A stretch of 64,000 nucleotides of DNA from assembly GCF_000315625.1 (NCBI RefSeq), contig NW_005434656.1, positions 293,741 through 357,740 of the forward strand, given 5' to 3'. Positions 11,233 through 22,167 of the stretch are shown here, piece after piece (position 1 is the first letter of the stretch; every line of letters begins with the position of its first letter). Made by a program: the position numbers and the translations under genes. Source of the stretch: Guillardia theta CCMP2712 (Eukaryota > Protista > Cryptophyta). The notes under the pieces are model-generated. The model saw only the letters and a list, made by a program, of their open reading frames with translations. It did not search any database and was not told the DNA's origin.

Positions 11233-14200
11233 CTACTTGCAGCCAGCAATGCTACGCAATCCCCGGAACCGTTGCATATTACCTGTTAATCCTTCATCCC
11301 ATTGCCCTGATTTAGCATATACTCGCTTTCGATTGTTCTTCTGCGTACTATTGTCTGGCTCCACATCATGATCAGATCCATCCCGTGCATTGAAAGCTTC
11401 ACGGTCGTGCGGTTTGCTCAGGACAATTCGCTTCTTCGAATGCTCGTACACAAAAGGCAGGTTTGGATCCACCTTTTTAGATAATTCTATGCATGCCTGA
11501 TTGAATTTTCTCAGAAAATCCTTCTTGTTCAGATGGCCGATCAAGGACCACAGATTCTCTACACTATCCGTGCAGAGAGTTCGTGAATTGAAGTCATAGT
11601 CTCTATCACCCAGCGCATGATTCTTATCCCTCACATACTGTTGTACTTGCAGATGAGTATCAATTGCAACTATGAAGCCTTCAAATGTTACAGATGATAG
11701 TCCCTTGACATGTTTTTGGCTGACACTGGTCCAGTCGATGCCTTCCAATAGCCATCTTCGACCCTCTTGAACGAGACGTATCCTCTCTGAAACTTTCAGC
11801 CCTCTTTCATCGAATGCTTTGTGCAGGCCAGACATGGCCTCTGCCATTCTTGCTGTCGCTTCATGTCCTTCTGCCCTTAGTAGACTGATGGCCTTGTCAC
11901 TGAACATCTTCAGCATGATATCCACCGATTGTGGATCGGCGGTCCCGTCGACTTCCATCTGAGTCATCCAAGCAGGATTCTTCTTGGCGATATCACTGTA
12001 AGCTTTATGCCATATCTGGGCTTCCGTAGAAGACGATTGAGACTTCCCTGATCCAATGGAATGCCTGACATTCTTCAACAAGTGATTGATGCACGGCGAG
12101 AAAAACAACAACTTGTTCGTAATTGGAGAGAGGACGGGATTGGATAACCATTCGTCGAATTTAAAGCGGATCTTGTGTTCATCAAAGTCATTTAGTCCAT
12201 CAGCTATTCTTCGCTCCATCTCCCAAGGAGTGAATGTTTCCCCCCCCCTCTTCATTGTGCTTGGCCAATGAAAGAACTTCTTCATATCCGTACCGTCTGC
12301 AAAATATTTGAAACCTGCAAAACATCTCTTTCAGGGTCGCTCTGGGCCTCTTGCTCGTGTGGCATCGTAGCGTCTTCTCCTTCTGAACTTGCCATATGGC
12401 CTGGTTCTGTCGTAACTGCAAAACAAACTGTTTGATTTCTCTCATTTCAGCAACATCCATGTGTACAATTCCTTGCTGAGGTGTGATGGGCAATGACGAC
12501 AAGTCATCACCATCGTACTCATCTGGATGGTCCAATGTGCACTCACTCTCAATGTCGTGCTCTGAAATTGGAGGTTCGAACTTGAATATCCCCGAAATGT
12601 ATGCTGAAATAGATGTACATAAATGTCTATATTCCATACTGGTTGCAGTCTTGTTAATGGCCTTCACTTCCTGAATGAATGTACTTGGCTTGTCTTGGTA
12701 GAAATAACGATATATACAGGCGAACTCCCCATCGAAAGACCACACATTGAAGTTCACGCCTCTCTTCCAAGCTTCATTGGTGACAGCTAAAAAAATATCC
12801 TTTCCATCTTTGGAACACAAACTTTTATGGGCAAAGCCGATGTAAACAGGCGCAGGAGGCATATGCTTTTGTCCATCCTGTGCAACAACACATATTGCAT
12901 CTTCTGCTAGTTCGGCGATCGCCGTCTTGTAGTACAAGTCATTGTATACATTTAATTCATCTTGAATTGAACGCTGCTCGTCCTCGCTTGGTGTGGCGGT
13001 ACTGATGTAGTTGTTCAGACGATCAATCAGTTGCGGCACTTGAGTTTGGATCTGACTACATCCCTCAATGACCCCGGCCATGTACAATTGATGTGGCGTA
13101 AACCTGACTTCATTAGAGACATTCCTTCTCGTATCTGCGTTGTTGCTAATCATTTTTGCAACATACTTATCACGAATTTTCTTGTAGTCCCGTTCAGTCG
13201 TTGATTTCCTTTCATTGATGTGATCCAAGTCAGTTTTCAATAAGCCTATCACATGCTCCCGAATCGATTCAGCGGTTGTTCCCTCCAAACAAAGCTGTGC
13301 CAACCGTCTCTGTCGCATCTCAAGCCGTTCACACAAATCCATTGTTTTCCCCGTGACTCCACCTAAATCTGCTTCGCAGTCTTCGAACTGTTTACAAAAC
13401 CCAGCATTGATCATCGTCTTGTCCATCGCCAACACATGAATACCATCTACAAGGTTAAAATTCATTTCACCGTAATCATGCAAAACCTCGCTGCAGATTC
13501 TTGACTTGTTTAGATCACGTGTCTTCATGTCTGCACTCTGCAGCTTATGAAGAGTAGATATGGACGGTAGAGGCAAGTTATGCAAAGCCTGATCAGAATG
13601 GAAGTTTCTCGTATACTTGTTCCCTGGACCTGACAGTAAACGGAACGTACTCCCGTCGCAAGCATTGAGAATTGTTGATGCGAAACTCAAAACCTCCGGA
13701 GAGAATCTCATGCCCCTCGAATCTTTCGCTCTGAAGCTCTGTTGACACCAATCCATGACGAGGTAAGGCATGATTCTATGTGTGCTTTTGAAAGCTTGGA
13801 TGTCGTTTCTGGCAAAGATTACTAACTCCGAAAGTATATCCGGCAATCCAGCAGAATGCAGATTTGAAACAGCATTTTCGAATTTACATATCGCAGATAG
13901 CTCATGCTCTGTATTCTTGTCATGTGTTTGACACAGAGAGTCGTGTTCACTCAAAATCCTTCTAATCATGTCACATCGGGTGTGGCTGTCAAGGGTTCTA
14001 AAAGTTTCAAGGACTGTCTGAATGAACAGTTCGGATTGCGCCTTGGCATGTTTGTTTGGAAGACTCTCACTTGTGTCAACATGTTCATCCGACATTCTTG
14101 CATACCTGTACAATGAACGTCAGGTCACTGGCATGGAAAGAAAGCAACATCTCAGACTTACTTCACAAAGTAATCGTGTATAGTAGTTTGCAATGAATTC

Positions 14201-14656
14201 AAATTCTCGAAGTGAGCAGTAGACCATTCTTCCATGCGAGAAAGAAGGTTTCGATTCTTCCTGTGAACGTTGCCAATACGTGTACGAAGTCGATTCAAGT
14301 GCTCATAAATGGCCTTTGTGCCTCCATGTGATTTGCCAGATGCTTGTTGTTCGAAAACCTGCATGTAGTGCTGGAGAAAACATCTCGAAAATCCTTCTGA
14401 TGTAGGCCCATAGACATCTCCGAGGACCTTTAGTTTGTTCTGGACTTCATACAAGGATACAGAACGAAGACTCCACTTGAGGTAATGGGTCACTGAAACT
14501 AAAAGATTCTCGTCTTCACACTCCACAGATAAAGTTGAATGGCCATGACATTGCAAGAAATCCAACAGCTTGAAAACCAAGGCATCATCCCATTGAGAGA
14601 GCAGGATCTGCTCAAGATCATTGCAATCCTTGTTTTTTTTCAACCCTCCAAATCAT
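11233..14656 (-). CDS. P-element/THAP9-like DDE transposase (~1120 aa when reconstructed; one intron and two +1 homopolymer frameshifts)
   Basis: Motifs VLAMDKTMI (D at 13421-13423), WSFDGE (D at 12731-12733), FFSPCINHLLKNVRH (C/DxxH-LLKNxR), DPQSV..KMFS, and RTLCTDSVENLWS (E at 11557-11559). Intron 14106-14161 (GTAAGT...CTGAC...TACAG) joins ORF 14158-14643 in frame to ORF 12200-14113. Removing one base from the A8 run (14633-14640) and one from the G9 run (12240-12248) gives an open 3366-nt CDS from ATG 14656. Confidence 0.7.
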
Positions 14657-15608
14657 CCTTGTCTATAGTGATGTGTTTAATAAATTGTATCCACGTCGAT
14701 GTATCACCCAGGGTGTTTTCATTCCTATATGCAATATTCTCGTAGACCCACATCCAATTGACAAAGATCGGGGTTCTGTATTCATCTCCAAGGTTATCTG
14801 TCTCTTCTTTGTAGGTTTTTAGTAGAATCTGTTTCACCTTTTCGTAGGCCTCGCTAGGTTCCTTTTTATTGTTTGCATATTGATCCAAATCACATTCGGT
14901 TGGATATTCTTCCAAATCTGTTTCGGTAACTTGGGACAGTGCATCCGATGACGCATCAATAGATTCCGTTACACCCGTGTCTGTCTCGGTGGACACGGAT
15001 TCCGTTTCATCGTATTCACGCGTCAGGCTCTTGAACCTCCTTTCGAGGTCTGATATGCTGATTTCTCTATTGAAAGACGGTGTGCTCTGATCTGCGTCCT
15101 CGACAAGTTTCATCCCCCTGTCCAACCTCTTCTTGTGCGCCATAAAGTGTACCTTGACATGTCTGATGTTCTTCATGCAGGATATGAGGAAGGGGACGAT
15201 GCTGTCTGGATCGCTGTGGTCTATGCTGATGTTCGAACAACCCTCAATGTACTTTGCCACAAGCTTCTCCATCATCACCTTCCTAAGGCACTCATCGGAC
15301 AAGTTCTTGATGGGTTCGGCCTTGGGTTGTGAGCACATTCTCTCCGCCTGTTTCCATTCCTGTGGGGTGATGGAGAATGCGGATCTTGCCTTTACATCCT
15401 TTCCAAGCACGCGGAAGGGCATCTTGAACGTGCCAAGAACCTTGATCTCCTTCACATGCCCCTCCAATGCAGCCCTATCAACGTGACTTATGTCTAGCGA
15501 TGGTGCTTTCTCAATCGCACTCCTCAACCCCGCCTCCATGCTGTTGCTTTTCCTATCATTCATCGCTCTTGTTAAGGGATACGGCGATGGATTTAAATGA
15601 CAAGACAA
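14640..15608 (-). CDS. Hypothetical 322-aa protein of the inserted element (acidic central tract)
   Basis: Intronless ORF from an ATG; abuts its neighbours. Confidence 0.7.
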   Translation of the reverse strand: MSCHLNPSPYPLTRAMNDRKSNSMEAGLRSAIEKAPSLDISHVDRAALEGHVKEIKVLGTFKMPFRVLGKDVKARSAFSITPQEWKQAERMCSQPKAEPIKNLSDECLRKVMMEKLVAKYIEGCSNISIDHSDPDSIVPFLISCMKNIRHVKVHFMAHKKRLDRGMKLVEDADQSTPSFNREISISDLERRFKSLTREYDETESVSTETDTGVTESIDASSDALSQVTETDLEEYPTECDLDQYANNKKEPSEAYEKVKQILLKTYKEETDNLGDEYRTPIFVNWMWVYENIAYRNENTLGDTSTWIQFIKHITIDKDDLEG

Positions 15609-15625
15609 TGTCTACAATCATGAAC

Positions 15626-16325
15626 CTACCTACGCTCTGGTATCTGTACTGTAAGCAACCTAGACATGCAAAAGGGGTCCTGATTGATCCTGACTATGTG
15701 GTCCACATCGTGTGGCACGCTCATCCGAAGTTGATCAAACTTAGAGATCACGCTCTTTTCAAACCCCACCCATTGGATGGAGTATACCGGGTTCAACCTC
15801 TTTGTATCGCACTTGGAAAGCAGTAGCTTGTAACGTTCAAATGGATGCGTGTCGAACAGGTAAACAGATTCCATCAAGACTGCATCGAATATCAAGATCT
15901 TGGGAATGTACTTGTCGATCGTGACTTGATCCTCCGTATAGTGTGCCAGTACGCATGAATCCATGGGGAGTGCGTTATTAAGCATTATGTCGGCCTGTGA
16001 AAGGTAAACCTTGCCGTGCAGGCCAATGAGAGTGAATCCATTCTTGTCCGTGTATAGGCTGAATGTGACCCGATTCTTTGGTAACCAAGTTGCAGTGTGT
16101 TCCTTTCTATCGTCTTCACATCGTTTAAAAGGCTTGTTATCGATCTCAATAACCCTTGTCAACTCCAACGGGATATTGAATATGTGCGACATTTCTGCAA
16201 GGCACATGTTCACAATAAACCGATCCAACATGCCTGAATCCATGTGTGAAAGTCGAAAGCTGTCATGCAAGCCTTTGTTTATATCAAAACCAAAAAAAAA
16301 CAACAGCTGTATTTAAGCGAATCAT
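15626..16325 (-). CDS. Nucleotidyltransferase-fold (mRNA capping guanylyltransferase/snurportin-like) protein lacking the KxDG catalytic motif
   Basis: KILIFDAVLMESVYLFDTHPFERYKLL resembles the motif IIIa...ER segment of capping enzymes/ligases. Removing one base from the T9 run (16292-16300) extends the ORF to ATG 16325 (699 nt). Confidence 0.5.
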
Positions 16326-16352
16326 GACGAAACATTGTTTGAGAAAGTCGAG

Positions 16353-17672
16353 ATGTCGGATAGCTCCTGGCCTATACAGACCTTTAAAGTCTTATCGTTG
16401 TTGACGAACCTTATCGCCCCCATCTTGAAGTCGTTGGGTATCTTCTTTCCTCAAATCGAGGTGTTGAAGAACTGCAGTCCATCGGCAGTTAAGACATGGA
16501 ACTTCTTTGCATGCCGTCGTGGTATCACCGGTGGTTTTTCACTTTCCAGTATCTTCTTCTCGACACTGGAGGGTTATAGCTACCATGCAAGTGCCGTGTA
16601 CGGTATTCACTTCGCCGCAATACTTTCATTGCTTTTCTTCCTTTACATGACAAGGGATGCTGACAAACTCCTTGATGTCTGCTACAACATCAACTTCATC
16701 AACGTAGTCAATGCGTTATTTGTCATTTTTGACATGTATTTTGGCTATGACCACGAAGTAGGGATTCAGAGTTCTTTCTTTGGATTTATCGTGTGTGATT
16801 TAATATGCCAGATTATCATCACTGCACTGATCGTTTACGTACTCCGTGAAGTTGCCCCAGATCTGGGGAGTTTGAAATCGGATAACCCCAACAAGCAATA
16901 TTACATCAACACTTTCCTGTACCGGATGGGACCAAACCCTTCTTTATGGATGCTGGTGAACGCCATTAGCATGCAATTGGTTTACTTGTGTACCGGGCAT
17001 GATGTATCGTTGCTTATACTTCGCATGGTATGTGTCGCTCTGTGCTACCTATCCATGTTCAAGTTCAGGATGTTCTTTTTCTATATGCAATATTCAGGTC
17101 ATCAATCCGAGTACGTTTCCCTCATGCACTGGCGAGATGTCGTCAAAGCATTCAAAAATACCACCAAACATTTCAATATCATAATGGAAGATGATTTCAG
17201 GAAGGATAGGATTGAAAAGTTCTTCGGTAATATAAATTCGCCTTTCTACGTGATCATCAATGCAAATATAACTACAGCCAATTGCACCGTTCTGAATCCT
17301 GATGAGATGATCCTCATGGCCATGTACTGGGATAATATGGAACAGTTCAGGAAAACGTTCCAAGACGCGGAATTATTCATCCAAGGACTTAAGACTGGAA
17401 CTGCTGCAAACGGTGGGAGGGGGTTCATTATAAAGACGCGTGAGAAAATTGAAGAGAAGAATAAGTCAAACATAATCTATTACCCAACTGAATTCACACA
17501 TATGCATACCGTGCGTGAGTTTCAGCTCAAAAAGGTTCCGACGACGTTTGACTATGAAAAGCATGGGGATAGTATCAAAAAATCTCCGACTGTACTCAAC
17601 TACATGTTCATTGCGCAAATGATGGGATCGGAACAGACTCGAAAGATAAGGAGTAGCAAAGGTGCAATCTGA
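16353..17672 (+). CDS. Multi-pass membrane protein (~6-7 hydrophobic segments) with soluble C-terminal domain, element-encoded
   Basis: Intronless ORF 16335-17672, first ATG at 16353; hydrophobic stretches such as GIHFAAILSLLFFLYM, FFGFIVCDLICQIIITALIVYVL and SLLILRMVCVALCYL. Confidence 0.7.
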   Translation: MSDSSWPIQTFKVLSLLTNLIAPILKSLGIFFPQIEVLKNCSPSAVKTWNFFACRRGITGGFSLSSIFFSTLEGYSYHASAVYGIHFAAILSLLFFLYMTRDADKLLDVCYNINFINVVNALFVIFDMYFGYDHEVGIQSSFFGFIVCDLICQIIITALIVYVLREVAPDLGSLKSDNPNKQYYINTFLYRMGPNPSLWMLVNAISMQLVYLCTGHDVSLLILRMVCVALCYLSMFKFRMFFFYMQYSGHQSEYVSLMHWRDVVKAFKNTTKHFNIIMEDDFRKDRIEKFFGNINSPFYVIINANITTANCTVLNPDEMILMAMYWDNMEQFRKTFQDAELFIQGLKTGTAANGGRGFIIKTREKIEEKNKSNIIYYPTEFTHMHTVREFQLKKVPTTFDYEKHGDSIKKSPTVLNYMFIAQMMGSEQTRKIRSSKGAI

Positions 17673-17785
17673 GTGTAAGAAAACACCCAGATCCTTGAGT
17701 TATCAATAAACGTCCGAATCTAACACATACGTGCCTAAAAACTATTTGAATATAATGTTCATTGAACGAGACAAAGTAGATATAG

Positions 17786-18163
17786 ATGTCAGTGAAGCTG
17801 TTATTATCAAATCAGCTAGATATTGTGAAGCATGATGATCAGATTATAGTGGAGAACGTTGCGAGTGTCATCCTGAGTCTTGGGAAAGAGTATGCCTTCC
17901 ATGACTTTGACATAAAGAAACACGATAGTGGATATGTTATGAGTGTAAAGACATCCCCGCACGCAAGCATATCCCTTGTAGACATGCAACTTATCAAAGA
18001 CTGCAACCCAATAAGGGTTCAAGACGTGTACGTGAATGTTATCGAAGGTGTGATTCGTGTGAATGTGATCATATTGAATTCAGGCATACCCGTTGTGATC
18101 ACGGATACCGACGTGATAAGGGTCAAGAAGAGGAAGATATGGAATATATTTCAGCGGGCATAG
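17786..18163 (+). CDS. Hypothetical 125-aa protein with C-terminal basic (KKRK) NLS-like patch
   Basis: ATG-initiated intronless ORF in the compact block. Confidence 0.65.
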   Translation: MSVKLLLSNQLDIVKHDDQIIVENVASVILSLGKEYAFHDFDIKKHDSGYVMSVKTSPHASISLVDMQLIKDCNPIRVQDVYVNVIEGVIRVNVIILNSGIPVVITDTDVIRVKKRKIWNIFQRA

Positions 18164-18171
18164 TCTATTCA

Positions 18172-18411
18172 TTACAATCTGTCCACCTTTAAGGCTGGGT
18201 TGTGACGTATAGATTTGGGCGGTGTTTTAGATCGAAATCGTTCAATGACCTCTACAACCTCCATCTTCATGTTCCTCCATGGGCAAGGGCATAGATCGTC
18301 CACTGCACATGGCTTTCTTTGCAACGGGCAGTAAATGCATCTTTTGGATTTAGGGTATACCCTACCAAAGACGTTCTGAACGCTTCTGCTTATCTTTTCG
18401 TAGGGTGACAT
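18172..18411 (-). CDS. Small basic Cys-containing hypothetical protein (79 aa)
   Basis: ATG ORF filling the gap between its neighbours; CIYC..C..CPC motif. Confidence 0.5.
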   Translation of the reverse strand: MSPYEKISRSVQNVFGRVYPKSKRCIYCPLQRKPCAVDDLCPCPWRNMKMEVVEVIERFRSKTPPKSIRHNPALKVDRL

Positions 18412-18439
18412 GCCTTGCTATCGAGGGGTCGTTGCGGTC

Positions 18440-19450
18440 TTAGTACTTTATATCGACACTAGTAAAACCCATGACATCTATCTCCTTATTGGTCAAATTA
18501 CGTATGCACATCTTAATAAGATTTTCAACCTCGGTGATGAACTTACACTTTATCTTAAAATAGCATTTCAGGTGGGCCTCGATGGGCAGCAGGTGCTGTA
18601 GCTCGTGTATCTTGGGTAGGAGTATAACGTTTTGCATGGTGATGCCCATTCTCATCAGGTATACGATCCCTATGAAGAGCACGTTTTTCTTGAACATCCC
18701 AAGCTGTGTACTGAACTTCTGTGACAACATATTCAAGAATCGGACAATGTATTCTGAAGCGGTGGAAGCAACGGATCTGCGCATCTCTTCGTCCCATTCG
18801 GGATAACAGATCCTTATCTTGCTACATTGGTGCAACATGTTGGTGACTATGTTGCAAAGCCTCGGTACTTTTCCTGGATTATTGATCTTGAAATCTTTTA
18901 AAAGTTTCCACATCACTTGCCTGTGCTTGAGCATCATTCTATTCTTTTCGTTCATGTAACTCTTCTTACAAACATCGGATGACAATATCCATACAAGGCA
19001 TTTATTCACTTCATCGAAACTGTAAAGACTATCCTCCACTGTTTTCTGTGACATGACCTTGTTGTAAAAGTCCCTGTTGCTCACGTTTGAGACCAAGATG
19101 TCTTCATCTAGCATCATATTATCCATGAATTCATCCATTGGGAACACCTTCTGTTTGACACAACACCCTGTAATGAAGCATACACGGCTATCGTTCTCAT
19201 CGATAAGGTCACAGCTACTTTCATCTTTGCAATTATGGACTTCACCACATTCCAAGCATCCTGCAAGATCCATATCGAATATGTCCCAATGGCTGCACTT
19301 GTGTCCACAAAGACCCCTGGGTATAACGAATGGGCATCTTATCATCCTCCATATCCTAACCCTGTGGTCAAGTTCTACCCTCTTCTTGTAATACTTGCTA
19401 TCCGCTTTGGGTCTGAATTGAAACGCGGGCTTAAGATTCGTTACACTCAT
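18440..19450 (-). CDS. Herpesvirus UL92/ORF31-like zinc-binding late-transcription-factor-like protein (336 aa)
   Basis: GCLECGEVHNCKDESSCDLIDENDSRVCFITG matches the CxxCxxxHxCxxxxxC-x10-VCxxTG spacing recalled for HCMV UL92/KSHV ORF31. Confidence 0.6.
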   Translation of the reverse strand: MSVTNLKPAFQFRPKADSKYYKKRVELDHRVRIWRMIRCPFVIPRGLCGHKCSHWDIFDMDLAGCLECGEVHNCKDESSCDLIDENDSRVCFITGCCVKQKVFPMDEFMDNMMLDEDILVSNVSNRDFYNKVMSQKTVEDSLYSFDEVNKCLVWILSSDVCKKSYMNEKNRMMLKHRQVMWKLLKDFKINNPGKVPRLCNIVTNMLHQCSKIRICYPEWDEEMRRSVASTASEYIVRFLNMLSQKFSTQLGMFKKNVLFIGIVYLMRMGITMQNVILLPKIHELQHLLPIEAHLKCYFKIKCKFITEVENLIKMCIRNLTNKEIDVMGFTSVDIKY

Positions 19451-19524
19451 ACTGCAATGCCCCCCTTCGGTAGATTAGTTTTTATTGTTTAAAATCACAA
19501 ATCAAAAAAGGATTGCTCTTTAAA

Positions 19525-21573
19525 TCACCCGGTTGTCATGATCCTTCTCTTTTTACCACACCTCCTTCTACTTTCCCTGGATCTATCATAGTTGACACAG
19601 GCACGGGCGAGGTCCTTGATGTCGATCACAAACTTCATGATGTACCTTGGGAGCATGTGTTTCATGCATAAGTAGAGCTGTATGTGAACCCCGTACTTTG
19701 CGTTCAATACCACCACCCTCTCAAGGTTTGATGTCTTCCCACACCTTATACACTCCTTGCAGCATGCCCTTCCATTCTTGATTAGGGTAGAGTTTGTGTC
19801 CGATGCCTCGAACTTGAAGTAACTTGACTTGCTCGACTTCCTATTCTTTATGTCATTGTAATAACCACCATGGTCACTGCTCGACATTTTGAGTATGGAG
19901 CTGAGTGAAGTCCCTATCCTTGGGTTCGAATAATGATTGGCGAACTCACATGGCTTCGTGAACTCATTTCCGGTATGGTTCCATCTCTTGAAGGTGCCGC
20001 AACATGGGCAGAGTATGTAGCTAGCGCCCTGTATGACGAGTATCTTGCCAAGCATGTTGACGCTTATGATAGAGTTATGAAGCCCACAGGAAGCACAGCG
20101 CAACTGGTTGGTCTGCATACATAGTCTGAGTTTCGATGAGACGGTAAAGCCATTGAGTTTGTTGCAGCACTTCATGCAGATGTGGACCTTCATCATGTTC
20201 TCCATTTGGAAATGGTCCGAGCTATATCTCTTTAGTATTGCAGAGCATTGCATCGCTGTAAGGTTACATGGAAGCGGATACACCTTACATCTAGAATGCA
20301 AGTGGTCTATGATGTTGAATTCTTCCACGGTTATGTTCGGGTTGTCACGGTGATAGATTTTCCAGAGCAGGCCATTGATATTCACAGGGTTCATGGATTT
20401 TGCTGCATCGAAGAGATGGTCCATATCATCCGTAATTCTCCTCCATTTTACCACGACCTCCTTGGATGGTGCATGTCTGCCAGACCTGAACTTACATGTC
20501 CTGACACATCGATCCACACACACAGTGGCGACTTCATCCAATCTATCCCACGTCCAATCTCCACTCTGTAGGGTCTCTTGTCGGAATGCATCGGCGACAT
20601 TGGGACAGATGTCAAAAAACGTCTGCATGCCTTGTACAGAACAAATGATCTCCTTCTCCGACACTATGAATGTGTTGCATGCATACCAGACGTACTCCAT
20701 GATCGACAACTTTAAAAGATTGAGGTTTGAATAGATGAACCTTGCCTGCTCTTGTAATGGTCTTGTCATCATCGATCTTAACTCACTCGCGCATCGCACC
20801 CTCTGTTCGAATGATGGCCTCTTCGCAGTATTGGGATACAAGCCAAGCAGGAGCCCGTGCATTATGTTGACTAGAACAGGTGTAGAAGGGTCAACAAAAA
20901 GCTCCTCTGCAAGAAAGGCGACCCTGTTCCTCTTCAAGCACGGGATACTGTTGCATATCACATTCAATATGAGGTTTGACTTCCAGTCCTTCTGTATGAG
21001 ACTTTGTGATATGAATCTTCCGATATCTGGTAGGGTGGAATGGTGGTAGGTGATACTAGGATGTAGCAACCTTGCATCGTTTGGTATGCGGTTGTATAGA
21101 TCTGGGAACTTCTTGGCGATCCAACAAGATATCAGGCTTCTATCAATCATCACTTGTGCATCGCGGATCCCGTGCTTAAGGTCTTCGTGTGTCTTCCTGA
21201 TGTAATGATCCAGCACCGGATCTTCTGGCCTGAATAGCGTTTGAATAGCTAAATCGCAACGTTTCGACATCTCGGTAAAAGCCGACGACCCGCCCGCAGA
21301 CAGGGCGTTCCACACCGCGTTAACATGGCGTGAGCATGCTCGCCCGACCTCCTTGTCGTGTACCTTGGCCTCCCCATCTGACTGACAACATGACGTCAAC
21401 ACCCATCCTGTCAGAAAAGACTCGTGCAAGTATGCAAGCATGAGCGTACCCTGACTCTTTATAATCGGTTCTCGTCGCTCGTTGAACATCACTGAAACAG
21501 CAATATTTTGATGATGACTGCTTCCCTGTTGTGTGCTCAATGAGGACAATGGCTCTGAGATTCTGAATGACAT
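19525..21573 (-). CDS. Herpesvirus UL49/ORF66-like Cys-rich late-transcription-factor-like protein (682 aa)
   Basis: C-terminal CMKCCNKLNG...CMQTNQLRCASCG...CPCCG...CIRCG resembles the CxxCGxxLN..CxxTxxxxCSxCG zinc-binding region recalled for HCMV UL49/KSHV ORF66; basic C-terminal tail RRRCGKKRR. Confidence 0.5.
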   Translation of the reverse strand: MSFRISEPLSSLSTQQGSSHHQNIAVSVMFNERREPIIKSQGTLMLAYLHESFLTGWVLTSCCQSDGEAKVHDKEVGRACSRHVNAVWNALSAGGSSAFTEMSKRCDLAIQTLFRPEDPVLDHYIRKTHEDLKHGIRDAQVMIDRSLISCWIAKKFPDLYNRIPNDARLLHPSITYHHSTLPDIGRFISQSLIQKDWKSNLILNVICNSIPCLKRNRVAFLAEELFVDPSTPVLVNIMHGLLLGLYPNTAKRPSFEQRVRCASELRSMMTRPLQEQARFIYSNLNLLKLSIMEYVWYACNTFIVSEKEIICSVQGMQTFFDICPNVADAFRQETLQSGDWTWDRLDEVATVCVDRCVRTCKFRSGRHAPSKEVVVKWRRITDDMDHLFDAAKSMNPVNINGLLWKIYHRDNPNITVEEFNIIDHLHSRCKVYPLPCNLTAMQCSAILKRYSSDHFQMENMMKVHICMKCCNKLNGFTVSSKLRLCMQTNQLRCASCGLHNSIISVNMLGKILVIQGASYILCPCCGTFKRWNHTGNEFTKPCEFANHYSNPRIGTSLSSILKMSSSDHGGYYNDIKNRKSSKSSYFKFEASDTNSTLIKNGRACCKECIRCGKTSNLERVVVLNAKYGVHIQLYLCMKHMLPRYIMKFVIDIKDLARACVNYDRSRESRRRCGKKRRIMTTG

Positions 21574-22167
21574 CGTTTACTTGAACATATGGCCACATAC
21601 AGAACGTTTTCACAGTAACATACATAGGTTGAAGAAAAAGCAGAGGTAAAGCGGAAATTGCAACGGGCAAACGTCGCTGCTTTCTGAGAATCAGTGTGTC
21701 AAGCTATGCAGATTCCAGTGAATTGCTCATTGGAAAGCGTGCATTGGAACCGCAAATCCTAAATGGAAGACCCAGACATCGAGAACATTCGCTGGAAGTG
21801 ACGAAGTTCATGCAATAAAAGACTACCGTTTCATGTTGTTGATGTTCTGCATGACTGCATCAGGCATACCACATGAGAGAATCATGCAATATACGTGATG
21901 CTGGAACCTCATACAAGTGTAGCATGACCTTTGCATGCGAATCCGATCTTCATTCTGTCCTCATTGCATGTCTACCTCATGAACTTGAATGCATCGGTGG
22001 AACAAATTCCTAACAGTTCAAAAAAAGAGTGGGTTGTGGTACAAATTGATAACTGGAGTCTTGAACTGGGATCACCTATGGATTTAACCTAGATCTTAAC
22101 CCCTTTCTCCAGGTTAACTAAAGTGGGCACACTACGCTACGCTATTCAGAAGGTCATCCATAAAACC

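Noticed and set aside
14158-15608. Fusion of ORF 14640-15608 to the transposase as one protein
   Set aside because: Possible with a single inserted base, but a one-base correction in the adjacent A8 run gives a clean ATG at 14656 and fits the pattern of the other breaks.
21600-22160. Additional element gene near the right end
   Set aside because: Only short interrupted frames; no ORF can be supported.
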